Notes: generated by a model from the letters alone, not told the origin. 64,000 nucleotides of DNA from an uncultured Desulfosarcina sp. (GCA_963674945.2 CAXXWQ010000004.1:576001-640000), one strand, 5' to 3'. Positions 39,506-51,057 are shown, numbered from the stretch's first letter. A program made the numbers and translations.

Positions 39506-39745
39506 GTGAACAAGGATGATGTAAAAAAAGCTGGTTTGCAAAGGCTCTTTGAAAAGGGTGCCAACAATTTCATACTATTACACAAAGATGGAAAGGCAAT
39601 CGCCTTTCAATTAGATCATAATGGGGATGTTACGATCGTGGATCGTCAAACCGGTATCAACTTCAGATCGACCGGCCTCTCATTACTTGAAGAAGGCTGG
39701 AAATGTGTTGGCCCGGGGCTGGAATACAGCTGGCTGCTGGATTGA
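39506..39745 (+). CDS. small hypothetical protein
   Basis: Follows the upstream gene closely; protein-like composition. Confidence 0.6.
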   Translation: MNKDDVKKAGLQRLFEKGANNFILLHKDGKAIAFQLDHNGDVTIVDRQTGINFRSTGLSLLEEGWKCVGPGLEYSWLLD

Positions 39746-40143
39746 TCCAGTCGACACGGATTTTAATGTAAATACAGATAATGCCGGTAAAAATTGCGAT
39801 TACAGTATTTGTTCTGGTGCTGCCCGAACACCGCACCCATCTGATCACCACTCACCTGAAATTTCGTCTACCACAGGATACGTTCCGCGCGAAATGAAGA
39901 GCCCGCCACCTTAAGCCAGACTTGTGTCAATGTTTGACAAACCATACCGATTCCAGTTAATCTTCATTATCTACCCGATTATGCCCATTTTTATGATGGC
40001 AGCGTGATTTTTGCGATTCTAAATGGCTTTGCCATTTTCAGCTTACCGCTCCTTTCTTTACCACTTTGCAGATGGCTCGTTGATTACGTCCCAAATGAAA
40101 GATCGAGATCGGGTATTGTTATTTTTAAGAGATATATATTGCC

Positions 40144-43100
40144 ATGGGCGAAGGGAAAATAAAACTTGTACCCACTGTTGGAATTCTCCTTCTCACCATT
40201 ATTGTGGTCATGTTACCGGGGATATGTTCCGTTTCTGCCGGGAAGGAGGCCGCCGATGCACGAAAGAAGGTCTCGAAACAGGTACTGATCCTGAATTCAT
40301 ACAACCCGGATATGCCCTGGCAGCAGCGCGTCAACCAGTCCATTAGCGCCACCTTGGAGAAGGATCCGGGCCTCTCCATTGAAATCCATACCGAATACAC
40401 CGACCTTTCACAACCTGTCGACAATACATACGATCGCAAACTGACCGATTTGTATCGCCATAAATATTCCGGCCGGAATGTAGATTTGATGATTACCGTG
40501 GACATGCCGGCTACGAATCTCATCCTTACACAAGGGGAAACTTTTTTCCCGGATGTGCCGGTCGTCATTCTTACTGACAAAGAAAATATAAATGGCATGC
40601 GTTTGAACGCAAACATGACAGGAATCATCACCGCAATAGATGTGAAAGGCACTTTGGATGTTGCCCTGAAGCTGCATCCGGAGACCAAGTATATTGCTGT
40701 TATTTCAGGTGGTTCCGAAATTGATCACCTCTATGAAAAAAAAGTATGGGATGTTTTAGAGAATTACAAGGCGCAGTTTGCTGTTATCGATTTGACGGGT
40801 CTTTCGATGGAGGACCTGCTGGCCAAAGCATCCGGGCTTCCCGAAGATACAATCGCCTTATACGTGTTGACGCTGATGGATGGCGCCGGCAAGGCAATCA
40901 TCCCCAAAAAAATCTTACCGCAGCTCTCCCAAACGACGAATGCTCCTTTGTATGGTCTTTGGGATACGTTACTTGGAAGTGGTATCGTCGGAGGGAGCAT
41001 GTCCAGCGCAGATTCTGTAGGTACCCAAGTCGCCGAGATGGGCTTGCGCATCCTGAACGGAGAAATACCGAAAGACATTCCTGTCGCCTCGGGTTCAAAC
41101 GCATATCTATTCGATTGGCATCAACTTCAGCGCTGGGGTATTCGGGAAGGCGATCTTCCTGCCGGCGCCGTGGTCCGTTACAAGGAACTCTCGGTCTGGG
41201 ATCTTTACAAATGGCATATCATCGGTCTGATCGGCCTGGTGCTGATTGAGGGGGCGCTGATTTTTATCCTGCTGATCCATCGTGCCAGGCGTCACCAGGC
41301 AGAACTGTTGCTTCAAAAAGCGCGCGACGAACTGGAACTTCGACTCGTTGAACTCAAACAGGCACAGGAAAGACTCCAGTCAATCCTGAGCAAAACACCG
41401 GACATCATCTATCGATTGGACCCCAAAGGAAACGTTACGTATATCAGTGATGCGGTGAGCAATTTTGGTTACGAACCGGATGACATCATCGGAAAGCCGT
41501 TTACGGATTTTTTTCATCCCGATAATACTGCGTCCACCGGTCCTGTCCTGCGCGAAAGGCGTACCGGTGAAAGGAGCACGCACGATCTTGAGGTTCGCTT
41601 CATGATCGGCAACACAGCGCAAGAACAAAGAGCAACCGGATTGATTGACTCCCGCTGGTCGACCTTTCTCATTTCCAGCGATGGTCTCTATGCAGATGAT
41701 GTTGTTTCTCCAGAAACCTACCGGGGGACACAGGGACTCGCACGCGATATCTCCCGGACCCGGCAGATTGAAACCCGTGTCGCGCAGTTGGCATCAGTGG
41801 TGGAACAGGCCGCCGAAGATGTCGTAATCTTCGATCCGGATGGCGTTATTCAATACGTCAACCCAAGGTTCGAAGAAATCACAGGATATTCCAGTTCCGA
41901 AGTCATCGGTCAGACGTTGCAGATTCTGAAAAGCGAACGCAATGATTCGGACTTCTATGTGGAAATCCGGCATACATTGGCCGCCGGAAACATTTGGAAA
42001 GGGCGCGTCTGGACCCAAACCAAAGACGGGCGAGAAATCCTGCAAGACGTAACATTCACATCCATATACGATCCGGTTGGAAATCTAACCAGTTATGCCT
42101 TGGTTCGAAGGGATGTAACCAAGCAGGTGGAAATTGAGGAACAGCTTCGCCAATCCCAAAAAATGGAGGCGATTGGTCGGTTGGCCGGTGGCATTGCCCA
42201 CGATTTTAACAATATTTTGTCAGCTATCGTTGGCTATGCAGACTTGGTCTTGAAAGATATAGCGGACAACGAGGCAGGTAAGAAAAAAATCGAGCGCATT
42301 CTTGAGGCCAGTTCACGAGCAACCGATTTGATCAGGCAAATCCTCACTTTCAGTCGCAGCCAGAAAACCAACCCCATACCGGTCAGTCCGCGAATCATAA
42401 TAAAGGAAGTTCTCAAGCTGATGCGGGCGTCACTTCCAGCAACGATTGAAATCAAACAGCACCTGAACTCCCAAAGCACTGTTTTCGCCGATCCGATCAG
42501 CATCCACCAGATTATCATGAACCTGTGTACCAACGCGGGCCATGCCATGCGGACGGCAGGAGGGGTCCTTACGATTCGCCTGGAAGATGTTACCCTAAAA
42601 GAAAACGATGTGACCAGTTATCCTGGTACAAATGCCGGAAAATTTGTTAAAATAACTGTTGCCGATACAGGTCACGGGATTCCACCAGATATCCAAAACA
42701 AAATATTCGATCCATTTTTTACCACCAAATCCCAGGGTGAAGGAACGGGAATGGGTCTTTCTACCGTGCATGGTACTGTCAGAACCCTGGGCGGCATGGT
42801 AACCGTAAACAGCAATCCTGGAGAGGGATCGGCGTTCAACGTTTTTCTACCCATTGTCGAAAAACCCATCGAGGTCGCCGACCGTTCAAAACCCAAAGCG
42901 GCACGCAAAGGAACGGAAAGAATTTTGTTTGTCGACGATGAACCCATCCAGGGTAGACTCGCTCTGGATTCCCTGGAGCCGCTTGGTTATCAAGTGAAGG
43001 TATTTTCGGACAGTATTGCCGCCTGGGAACATTTTCAAGCGCATCCGGATAAATATGACATCGTGATTACCGATATGACCATGCCGAAAATGACCGGCGA

Positions 43101-43275
43101 TGTATTGACCCAGAATATTCACCGGCTTGCACCTGATATGCCAATCATCATATGCACCGGTTTCAGTGAAGACATGGATCAAGAGAGAATCGATGCCTTG
43201 GGGCTTCGTGCGTTTTTACACAAACCGGTTATTGCGAGAGATTTGACCCGTATTATTCGTGACATTATGGACTGA
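40144..43275 (+). CDS. hybrid sensor histidine kinase (periplasmic SBP-like sensor, 2 PAS, HisKA, HATPase, receiver)
   Basis: [45 protein letters not shown]. Confidence 0.96.
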   Translation: MGEGKIKLVPTVGILLLTIIVVMLPGICSVSAGKEAADARKKVSKQVLILNSYNPDMPWQQRVNQSISATLEKDPGLSIEIHTEYTDLSQPVDNTYDRKLTDLYRHKYSGRNVDLMITVDMPATNLILTQGETFFPDVPVVILTDKENINGMRLNANMTGIITAIDVKGTLDVALKLHPETKYIAVISGGSEIDHLYEKKVWDVLENYKAQFAVIDLTGLSMEDLLAKASGLPEDTIALYVLTLMDGAGKAIIPKKILPQLSQTTNAPLYGLWDTLLGSGIVGGSMSSADSVGTQVAEMGLRILNGEIPKDIPVASGSNAYLFDWHQLQRWGIREGDLPAGAVVRYKELSVWDLYKWHIIGLIGLVLIEGALIFILLIHRARRHQAELLLQKARDELELRLVELKQAQERLQSILSKTPDIIYRLDPKGNVTYISDAVSNFGYEPDDIIGKPFTDFFHPDNTASTGPVLRERRTGERSTHDLEVRFMIGNTAQEQRATGLIDSRWSTFLISSDGLYADDVVSPETYRGTQGLARDISRTRQIETRVAQLASVVEQAAEDVVIFDPDGVIQYVNPRFEEITGYSSSEVIGQTLQILKSERNDSDFYVEIRHTLAAGNIWKGRVWTQTKDGREILQDVTFTSIYDPVGNLTSYALVRRDVTKQVEIEEQLRQSQKMEAIGRLAGGIAHDFNNILSAIVGYADLVLKDIADNEAGKKKIERILEASSRATDLIRQILTFSRSQKTNPIPVSPRIIIKEVLKLMRASLPATIEIKQHLNSQSTVFADPISIHQIIMNLCTNAGHAMRTAGGVLTIRLEDVTLKENDVTSYPGTNAGKFVKITVADTGHGIPPDIQNKIFDPFFTTKSQGEGTGMGLSTVHGTVRTLGGMVTVNSNPGEGSAFNVFLPIVEKPIEVADRSKPKAARKGTERILFVDDEPIQGRLALDSLEPLGYQVKVFSDSIAAWEHFQAHPDKYDIVITDMTMPKMTGDVLTQNIHRLAPDMPIIICTGFSEDMDQERIDALGLRAFLHKPVIARDLTRIIRDIMD

Positions 43276-43298
43276 TACGCCCGCCCTTTTCATATGCA

Positions 43299-43589
43299 TT
43301 ATGACTTCTGATTCGCCAGCATATCCAATATCGAAGCCACATTTGATGCAGGGCCTTTTATATCGAATGTGCAGTCGTCAAACTTGATGGTGCCTGTTAA
43401 CTCATAACAACCGAGAGTAATGAAGATGCGACATTTCTGGAACGTGCAATCATGAAAGGATCTGCCATCAAGATACACATCATTTTCCACAAAGGTATGA
43501 CTCTCAATTGTCTGTGGCTCCAATTTTTCCATGTCACGCAACATGTCAGTCATGTTTTGGTCCGGTTTTGTCACATCACTATGCGTCAT
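43299..43589 (-). CDS. small hypothetical protein (beta-helix-like repeats)
   Basis: FENxxVYLDG-like start, FHDCTFQKC, FDDCTF; AAGGA RBS. Confidence 0.6.
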   Translation of the reverse strand: MTHSDVTKPDQNMTDMLRDMEKLEPQTIESHTFVENDVYLDGRSFHDCTFQKCRIFITLGCYELTGTIKFDDCTFDIKGPASNVASILDMLANQKS

Positions 43590-43802
43590 GGGTAGATCCT
43601 TTCGTGAATTGAGGAGAATGAGGGCGTTTGGGCCATCGGATGTATGCGTCCGTTGGATATATTGGTTTGTTTTCTTTCATGAAAAAAGAGAAATGGTTAC
43701 AACAACTGAATGTCGAATGCAATTCTTTTTTCCATTCGACACCATATGCCGTCAGTTTCATCCATCAGCATCAGCGCCACGGCAGATTGTTTCAAAATGG
43801 GT

Positions 43803-44080
43803 TATGCACTTTTGATTTTCTTAAACACCAGTACGCTGAGCACTGCGATTGTGATCAGATTCAGCCCTAATGAAATCATTGCAGAGGGAAATCCCAAAAG
43901 CACCCCGGCCATGATCGAGAAGAGCAGCATCCACATGAAGCCGGCGCCGGTGGACCCCAGAGTGATCAACAACCAAACACCTGATGTATAAAAAAATTGC
44001 CAGTAACGCGAAAAAAATCCGCCATTTTTATATCAATATCGGAAATTATGAAATAAAAGCGAGCCTTGCCGGCCAAAATA
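43803..44080 (-). pseudogene. frameshifted membrane-domain fragment (possibly from a sensor kinase)
   Basis: SGVWLLITLGSTGAGFMWMLLFSIMAGVLLGFPSAMISLGLNLITIAVL; upstream frame broken at poly-T runs. Confidence 0.35.
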
Positions 44081-44203
44081 GTATGAACGACTTGTTCGGA
44101 TGTCGCCTCATGCCTTACCAATTTGTAAAAAAAGCTGACGATCAATTCTGTGCAAAAAATTCGTGAAGAAAGAATACTCTTGTAATTCAAGTTGGTTCGG
44201 ATT

Positions 44204-44219
44204 TGGCTTGTTTTGTGCT
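44204..44219 (+). promoter_or_regulatory. possible sigma-54 promoter
   Basis: TGGCTTGTTTTGTGCT (GG-N10-GC), about 85 nt upstream of ATG 44303. Confidence 0.4.
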
Positions 44220-44302
44220 TTTTTGAAAATGGCATCCCATACACCATGATTCAGGAAGGCACGGTACAGACGGATGTCTACCATCTGGAAAGGAGGAAAT
44301 AT

Positions 44303-44659
44303 ATGGCTGTTGAAGATGCAGTGAGAGGCTTGAAGGAGAGGTTGGAGGATTTTATCAAAATATCCCTGTCCGGCAAAACGGTCCGCATTGAAGTCAAAAT
44401 TTACCAAAAGATAATCAGCCCGGTCAGCCGGTCGGAACCCACCGATGACACCAACATCGCAACGAACATGTGCTTGCTCATGGCGGATTTCAGATCGGTA
44501 GGCGGGCCGGAAATGGTCACCAAAGTCTATGCCATCTGCCCCATGAACGAGAACGAGGTCGATGCGAAAACGACACGGCAATTAGCGAATCAGCGTTTGA
44601 AAATGGATTATGACCGATTGAAGGAAGCGAACATCATTTTCCAAGAAAAATATTTTTAG
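44303..44659 (+). CDS. hypothetical protein
   Basis: Strong AGGAGG RBS; 118 aa. Confidence 0.75.
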   Translation: MAVEDAVRGLKERLEDFIKISLSGKTVRIEVKIYQKIISPVSRSEPTDDTNIATNMCLLMADFRSVGGPEMVTKVYAICPMNENEVDAKTTRQLANQRLKMDYDRLKEANIIFQEKYF

Positions 44660-44707
44660 CCGTACGACTGCAAATCGGTTTCGTTTCGATCTTTCTGGGT
44701 TTGTAAT

Positions 44708-45244
44708 TTATCTTAGTTTGAACCAATCGGGACTTGCGTTCTCGGGTGATGGGAATGGGGGCTCCTCATACCCGCTGACCTCCTGAGCAGCAGCTTCTCT
44801 GGCTCTGAGCAACAGGTAGCGGAGCTGTTGTTTTTCATCAAAGGTGAAGTGAGAGAAAATTGCTTTGACGAGCGAAGTTCCCCATCGGCCTTTGAGAAAC
44901 TGTTTCCCCCTTTTCGTCAGTACGATTTTGATGCAGACCCTGTTGTTTGCGCCACGAACCCGTTTTTTCGTGACGAAGCCTTTTTCTTCCAGCCTTTTTG
45001 TCATGCCGGAGACGGAGTTTTGCTTGCGCACCATCCATTTCACCAGCTGACTTTGCGTGGCTTCACCGCCAAGCATCATGATCGTCGAAAGGAACCACAG
45101 TCCGTCTGCCGAAATTGGACTATGGGATAGTTTTTGCTGCAGCCCCTGGCTAAAAAAAGCATGGATCTGTGAAAACAGCAAAATTAAATCGGCATCTACT
45201 ATGGATGGATCTTTTTGTTTCTCGATATCTTCAGGTGAAATCAT
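44708..45244 (-). CDS. MarR family transcriptional regulator
   Basis: TQSQL..SVSGMTKRLEEKGFV, IVLTKRG. Confidence 0.85.
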   Translation of the reverse strand: MISPEDIEKQKDPSIVDADLILLFSQIHAFFSQGLQQKLSHSPISADGLWFLSTIMMLGGEATQSQLVKWMVRKQNSVSGMTKRLEEKGFVTKKRVRGANNRVCIKIVLTKRGKQFLKGRWGTSLVKAIFSHFTFDEKQQLRYLLLRAREAAAQEVSGYEEPPFPSPENASPDWFKLR

Positions 45245-45274
45245 ATCTTGTGAATACCTCCGGGTGAGTCAGCA

Positions 45275-45398
45275 ACCATCAGCAAAGCGAATGGCTTGGA
45301 TATCCGGTCGATCGAAAGGATTTCCAAAGGCATGTCAGGGCTGTCTTGTTCGGGTTGGTTCCGGGTGCAAAGCACCCGGTTTGAATATAACAAATCAA
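45275..45398 (-). repeat. 124-bp dispersed intergenic repeat, copy 2
   Basis: Inverted homolog of 16417-16540. Confidence 0.85.
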
Positions 45399-45650
45399 CG
45401 CGTATCTCGTAGAAGCGCTGCTCGACGAATTGTGGACCGCCCTACCCCATCCGCCTTTCCACTGTTCTGCCGTCAACCTCTAACCTTCTGATTTCCCTAT
45501 CGTTCGGGCCATCGAAAATACCGTCCCGGCGATGAGGAAACAAGATGGCCGACAAGTTTTTACAGGAAAACAAACGTTACCCTGCCTTTGGTCGTTTCCC
45601 GCTGACGAAATAGAATCCACACTGCCGATAATCGGGTGGCCATTACGAAA

Positions 45651-45678
45651 TCAGTTGTGCAGAAAAATGCACAACTGA
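45651..45678. promoter_or_regulatory. perfect 11-bp inverted repeat, candidate activator binding site
   Basis: TCAGTTGTGCA-GAAAAA-TGCACAACTGA, about 190 nt upstream of a sigma-54 motif. Confidence 0.55.
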
Positions 45679-45867
45679 GGACAGGCGGGAATGACATGTT
45701 TCGCGACTTCTTACCGGTCCATGGAAACTCTCTCGGCGTCTTTTTCCCACTGTCCTCAAAAAGTAGTATTTAATTCTTCATTACAAGCAGTTGCAAACGT
45801 ATTTGCATAATTTCGATTTGGGTCATCATGCCGGAAAGAGTCTCAAAAACAAGTCCTACAATCCCTG

Positions 45868-45883
45868 CGGCATGCGAATTGCT
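45868..45883 (+). promoter_or_regulatory. sigma-54 -24/-12 promoter
   Basis: CGGCATGCGAATTGCT (GG-N10-GC). Confidence 0.6.
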
Positions 45884-45985
45884 CTACTCATACGTCGATT
45901 TTCATTGGCTATCACGGCTGGCGTCAGCCACGGCGCCACCTGTTTCTTCAAGTCCATGTAACAACATGAAAGATTGGAGGATGTC

Positions 45986-47479
45986 ATGCCAGATGCAACG
46001 ACGTTGTTCAATATCACACCGGTACCGTTTTTATCCGTGCTGGTGTGGATTTTCCTGGGCATTGCAGCCATGTATTTTGCCCGCCGTCCCTTTCACGACG
46101 CCATGGCTTCACTGGGTCAGGTGATCCATAACGCCATGCGCCTTGCCGCCGCTTCTGTCAAAATGGCCCAAGAGCGAGTGGACCTTCGCAACCGGGAGGT
46201 TCTTTTGGCTGCGGGCATGGAACAGGCCGAGCGTCGTACCGAACGGGAATTCGAACGCATCGGTACTGCGGTGGAACGCAACCTGAACGCTTACCCCCAG
46301 CTCCAGCGGCAGCTTCGGGAAACCCTGCTCAAGCTGGAGGATGACTACAAGCAGAGCGCCGAAATCCCCCAAGGTTTGTCGGACTGGGTCAAAGTAATCG
46401 ACGCCATCGCCGCCATCAAGCCATCGGACGACCCCATGGTGGCCAACATTCTCGAGGACATCCACAATACCTTGGAGGAACAGCACAAAGTGGCACTGGA
46501 AGGGCATCGTAAGGCGGTTTCCCAACGCCACGGCATCCTCTCCCGCATGGTCCCCCAGTGGCGTGCCACGGACAAAACCCTCAGCGGGGTGGAAAAGTCC
46601 ATCTCCGATCTGGCAGCCAGGTCACAGGTGGTGGATCGCTGTATGGCGGATTATGAAATTGTCCGTTCCCAAAGCGATGCTGCCGAGCGACAACTCTCCT
46701 CCTCTTCCCTGACCCAGTTTTTAACTTCCGGCCTGGTATTGGGAGTGTTCATCATCGGTGCCATTATCAACTTCAACCTGGTGGCCCTTCCCATGTCTGA
46801 AATGGTGGGTGGCGCCAGCTATATCGGCGACTTCCGCACTTCTGATGTAGCCGGTATGTTCATCGTCTGTCTGGAAATCGTCGTGGGCATCTTTCTCATG
46901 GACGCTTTGCGCTTTACCCGCCTGTTTTCCGTCATTGGCCATCTGGACGATAAAAAACGCACCTGGTTCTTCTGGATCCTTCTTGTCATGCTGACCATTC
47001 TTGCCGGTGTGGAATCTTCCTTGGCCTTCATGCGCGACCGAATCGCAACCGACATGGAGGCCCTGCGTCAGAGCCTTGCCGGAATCGAACCTTCTGCCAT
47101 CGCCGCCAGTAAAATCCCCACCATCGGTCAGATGATCCTTGGATTCATCCTGCCGTTCATTCTCACCACGGTGGCCATGCCCTTCGAAACCTTTGTCTCC
47201 TCTTCAAGGACGGTATTTGGCATTACCGCTTCCTGGGGATTGCGCGCACTCGCCTTTTTTCTGCGGCTGGCAGGCAATGTAAGCTATTACCTTTGCCGTC
47301 TGGTGGTCAATGTTTACGATCTGGTGATCTTCCCGGCCCTCTGGCTGGAAGCGCTGATCTCCCGCAAAATGGGGGCCGCATCCACTGCGGAGAGCATGGA
47401 ACAGGATCGATCGGATACCCGCACTCCCCCCATGACCCTGCTCGAGGAGGCAGTACCATGCAAAAACAGAAACGACTGA
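45986..47479 (+). CDS. membrane protein with long coiled-coil region, unknown function
   Basis: One N-terminal TM, about 200-aa helical region, several C-terminal TM helices; GGAGG RBS. Confidence 0.85.
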   Translation: MPDATTLFNITPVPFLSVLVWIFLGIAAMYFARRPFHDAMASLGQVIHNAMRLAAASVKMAQERVDLRNREVLLAAGMEQAERRTEREFERIGTAVERNLNAYPQLQRQLRETLLKLEDDYKQSAEIPQGLSDWVKVIDAIAAIKPSDDPMVANILEDIHNTLEEQHKVALEGHRKAVSQRHGILSRMVPQWRATDKTLSGVEKSISDLAARSQVVDRCMADYEIVRSQSDAAERQLSSSSLTQFLTSGLVLGVFIIGAIINFNLVALPMSEMVGGASYIGDFRTSDVAGMFIVCLEIVVGIFLMDALRFTRLFSVIGHLDDKKRTWFFWILLVMLTILAGVESSLAFMRDRIATDMEALRQSLAGIEPSAIAASKIPTIGQMILGFILPFILTTVAMPFETFVSSSRTVFGITASWGLRALAFFLRLAGNVSYYLCRLVVNVYDLVIFPALWLEALISRKMGAASTAESMEQDRSDTRTPPMTLLEEAVPCKNRND

Positions 47480-48129
47480 TGCGTCCATCTTTGTTCGTTG
47501 TCCCCCTGGCACTTTTATTGACAGTTGTGGCCGGATGTGCACAAAAATCCAATCACACCAAAGGGGTCTACATGCTGGTCGATACATCGGGCACATATAC
47601 GGAAGAGCTGGACAAGGCCCGGGCCATCATCAACTATCTGCTGGGAACCCTATCCCCGGGTGACACCATGGCCATTGGCCGCATCGACACGGGCAGCTTC
47701 AGCGAAAAGGACATCATTGCCAAGGTAACGTTCGACCAGCGGCCCTCGGTGGCCAACACGCAGAAACGAGCCTTCCAGAAACAAGTGGCCGAATTCGTAT
47801 CGACGGTACAAAGCAGCAGTCATACGGATATATCCGGTGGTCTGCTTCAGGCGGTGGAGTATTTGAACGAATCCGGGTCGGGAGAGAAGTTCATCCTGAT
47901 TTTCTCCGATCTGAAGGAAGAACTTGCAAAAGGTCATGTGCGGGACGTTCCCTTTCAACTGGACGGTTTCAACATCATCGCCCTGAATGTGACAAAACTT
48001 CGGGATGATATTCGCGATCCCAAAAAATATCTGCAGCGCGTGGAACAATGGCGTAAAAAAACGGAAACCGGTGGAGGGCATTGGCGCTTGATCAACGACC
48101 TGGAGCGGTTGGATCACATCTTTTCCTGA
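47479..48129 (+). CDS. VWA domain lipoprotein
   Basis: VVAGC lipobox; MIDAS-like DTSGT, HTDI, IFSD; TGATG coupling to the upstream gene. Confidence 0.85.
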   Translation: MRPSLFVVPLALLLTVVAGCAQKSNHTKGVYMLVDTSGTYTEELDKARAIINYLLGTLSPGDTMAIGRIDTGSFSEKDIIAKVTFDQRPSVANTQKRAFQKQVAEFVSTVQSSSHTDISGGLLQAVEYLNESGSGEKFILIFSDLKEELAKGHVRDVPFQLDGFNIIALNVTKLRDDIRDPKKYLQRVEQWRKKTETGGGHWRLINDLERLDHIFS

Positions 48130-48155
48130 TAGCGGATATCGTTCGGCGATGGAAG

Positions 48156-48185
48156 TAAAAAAGCGCTCCACGGAGCGCTTTTTTA
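48156..48185. terminator. intrinsic (bidirectional-type) terminator
   Basis: TAAAAAAGCGCTCC-AC-GGAGCGCTTTTTTA. Confidence 0.85.
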
Positions 48186-48441
48186 TTGGACTGTGTTGAC
48201 GGTAACGTTGGAGGATACAAACACCGTAGATACCGATAAAGGGCTCATACCCCGGTTCTCCCTTCCGTTTCTTATCCCGCCGGCGGCCCAGTACAGATAG
48301 AATATGTGGGATAGAATGGAAAGTGGGCAGATAAAAATTGACTTCCGCAATTTAAAGGCTACATTTATGATTATGGTCTACATCAGATAAAATGGTTCTG
48401 CCCAGCTAATAAATGTAAACTGAACCGTCAGGAGGGCAATT

Positions 48442-48870
48442 ATGAATGAGAAACGGTTTGTTATCGGAATCGGTGTCAGCTTGGCCGTCGTCATGATGCT
48501 GAGCATATGGGCACCAGGAACAGTTTCCGCCCAGGAATGCAGGTTAATTAAAATAACGTCTCAGGAGAAGGGACTCGGAAAACCCACCACAATTGAACCA
48601 GAAACCTTGACAGCATCCGATGGTGATTGTGTCTTTTGGGCCAATATAAGCAGGGAGCTGGTCAAAATCCGATTTTATGGCAGTGAAGCGTGTATTGTCA
48701 ATCCGGTTGGTTTTGATTGCGAGGGATCCAAGAAATCCTTTGTTACAGGCTATTTTGGAACCGGCCAAAGTAAAAGCATACACCTGGCAAAAAAAGGAAC
48801 GTATAAATACGAAATTCAAACGAAGCTGGAACCCTCTGTGAAAACCACTGGTGTAATCGTCGTCGAATGA
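48442..48870 (+). CDS. exported cupredoxin-fold-like protein
   Basis: Signal peptide; IEPETL...GDCVFWAN, GTYKY, GVIVVE; no clear copper ligands. Confidence 0.65.
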   Translation: MNEKRFVIGIGVSLAVVMMLSIWAPGTVSAQECRLIKITSQEKGLGKPTTIEPETLTASDGDCVFWANISRELVKIRFYGSEACIVNPVGFDCEGSKKSFVTGYFGTGQSKSIHLAKKGTYKYEIQTKLEPSVKTTGVIVVE

Positions 48871-49070
48871 TAAGATCGTATCGATGATCTCAACCCCGCA
48901 GCCTTCGGCCTCCGCCGGGGGCTGTTTTTTCCCATTCCGCCAATTCAACACAAAATCACCGACTCAGGCACAGTCAGCATCTCTTTTTATTTTGCCTTGT
49001 CAAAACGAATTGTGAAATTATTATATCGTCATGGTTTTTTTCAATAAACGCAACACAGGGGAATGATGTT

Positions 49071-50225
49071 ATGACGCCACAAACATACAAAGCGAGTGAA
49101 CTGTTCCAATGGGTCAAAAACAATGAGACGGATTTTTTTCTGCTGGATGTACGTTCCGAGTCCGATTTTGAACGATTTAAGGTCGAAGGGCCGAATCCAA
49201 TCCGGATGAAAAACATTCCTTATATTGATTTCTCCGATGATGAAGAAGAAGAGAGTGTTGCCCAAGTGCCCAGAGACAAGAAAATAAGAGTTGTCTGTGC
49301 CAGGGAAGGGTCGGCCAAATATGTGAGCGAGGTATTGATCAAGCATGGATTCGAAGATGTCGCCTACCTGGAAGGGGGAATAAAAACGTGGGGAAATCTT
49401 CTGGTGCCCAAACGCGTTGACAGGGACACAAACGAATATCGCTTATACCAGTTTGTTCGACCGGCCAAGGCATCCTGCAGCTATGTGCTGGTATTTAAGG
49501 ACGAGATGATGATCTTCGATCCCACCAAAGAGATCGATTTTTATCAAGCGTTTGCCAGCGAGAAAGGATGCCGTATTGTGAAAACCTTTGAGACCCATCT
49601 GCAGGCAGATTACATTTCCGGCAGTCCTGCCATTGCCGGGAAAACCGGGGCGGACCTGATAGCACACGAAAACGATTTCTCCGGGGCGGCTTTTTCCTAT
49701 CAGGCGATTGGCGATGGGAATACCTATCATTTTACCGATGGCGGGCCAGAAGTGAAGGCCATCCATACCCCGGGTCACACACCGGGAAGTACTTCGTATG
49801 TGATCGATGATACTTACATGATTACCGGCGACACGGTATTTCTTGTTTCCATCGGTCGACCGGACCTCGGCGGAAAGGTAGAGCAGTGGTCCCAGTTGCT
49901 GTTTGAAACCCTTGGCAGCAAAGTGGGAAAAATGGATCCGGAGCTGGTCGTTCTTCCCGGACATTTCATGAGCTGGGAAGAAGCCGACAAGAATTTTATT
50001 TTCCAAGATTCGCTTGCCGCGATAAAGAAGAAAAACAAGGCCATATTTAACATCGATAACGCGGCCCGGTTTCTTCAGTTCATCAAAGACAATATGCGCG
50101 AACAACCGGAAGTGTATGCCAAGATCCGCCAGGTCAACGCCGGCCGGCTCGATGTCGATCTTGAAGAGCAAAACGTCATGGACCTCGGGAAAAACGAGTG
50201 TGCTGCCAGCGCGGCGAACAATTAG
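49071..50225 (+). CDS. rhodanese + metallo-beta-lactamase-fold fusion (persulfide dioxygenase-like)
   Basis: LLDVR, VVCAREG, LEGG..W; ETHLQADYISG, HTPGHT, TGD, GRPD, PGH, NECAA. Confidence 0.9.
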   Translation: MTPQTYKASELFQWVKNNETDFFLLDVRSESDFERFKVEGPNPIRMKNIPYIDFSDDEEEESVAQVPRDKKIRVVCAREGSAKYVSEVLIKHGFEDVAYLEGGIKTWGNLLVPKRVDRDTNEYRLYQFVRPAKASCSYVLVFKDEMMIFDPTKEIDFYQAFASEKGCRIVKTFETHLQADYISGSPAIAGKTGADLIAHENDFSGAAFSYQAIGDGNTYHFTDGGPEVKAIHTPGHTPGSTSYVIDDTYMITGDTVFLVSIGRPDLGGKVEQWSQLLFETLGSKVGKMDPELVVLPGHFMSWEEADKNFIFQDSLAAIKKKNKAIFNIDNAARFLQFIKDNMREQPEVYAKIRQVNAGRLDVDLEEQNVMDLGKNECAASAANN

Positions 50226-50501
50226 TCTTTGCAGACATCTTGCAGGGGAATAACGGGGTGCTTTCGGGCCTTCTCATTCTTCTACACGCAACGCATTTTA
50301 TATCCCCCCGCTATCCATCGCCAGATACGTTTTCCGCCTGGAATGTGCCCAACCGCAATTGATAATGATAATCCGGTGGGACACTGTCGTTGATCACAAA
50401 TCGGACCGGAAGATCCATGTGCGCAACGCCCAAACATGTTATTTTTGGTTTTTTTGTAATTTTAGGTAGTTTCAATTATACTTCATTGGCAAATCATCCC
50501 A

Positions 50502-51057
50502 TATGTCGCCGATCCCTACGAGCAATTACCGGCAATTGTCTTCTGGCTCATGGGCAATCTTGCCTCGCCCCGTTACAAAGACATCGTCGTCGCCGGTATC
50601 ACCATGACTGTCGGCGCTATCGGTCTTGTGACCGTCCGCTGGCAGATCAACGTTCTCTCCATGGGTGACCGGGAGGCCCACACCCTGGGCATCAACACCA
50701 CCCTTAGCAAAGGCATCGTCATCATCTGCGCCACCCTGGCAAGGCAGGCGCCGTATGCGCCAGCGGCCTGATCGGCCCCAATGGATCAGGCAAGACCACC
50801 CTCCTCGACTGCATACTGGGACTACACCATTTCAATTCAGCGCCGCCGCCGACCTTTGGCCGGTTTGAACGACAACTGTAACTATGCCATAGTTGGTGTA
50901 GTTTCATACGAGGGGAATTGGAACTGATGGGAGAACGTGCGACCCGGCTGAAATCCGGAAAGATCGCCCGGACCATGGCCTATGTACCCCAGGTTCAAGA
51001 ACGCACTTTCCTTATACGGCCAGGGAGATCGTTACCATGGGAAGAACAGCCCATCTG
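50502..51057 (+). pseudogene. fragments of FecCD-type iron/B12 ABC permease and ATPase
   Basis: LPAIVFWLMGNL..LSMGDREAHTLG; GLIGPNGSGKTTLL; AYVPQ..IVTMGR in different frames. Confidence 0.8.
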
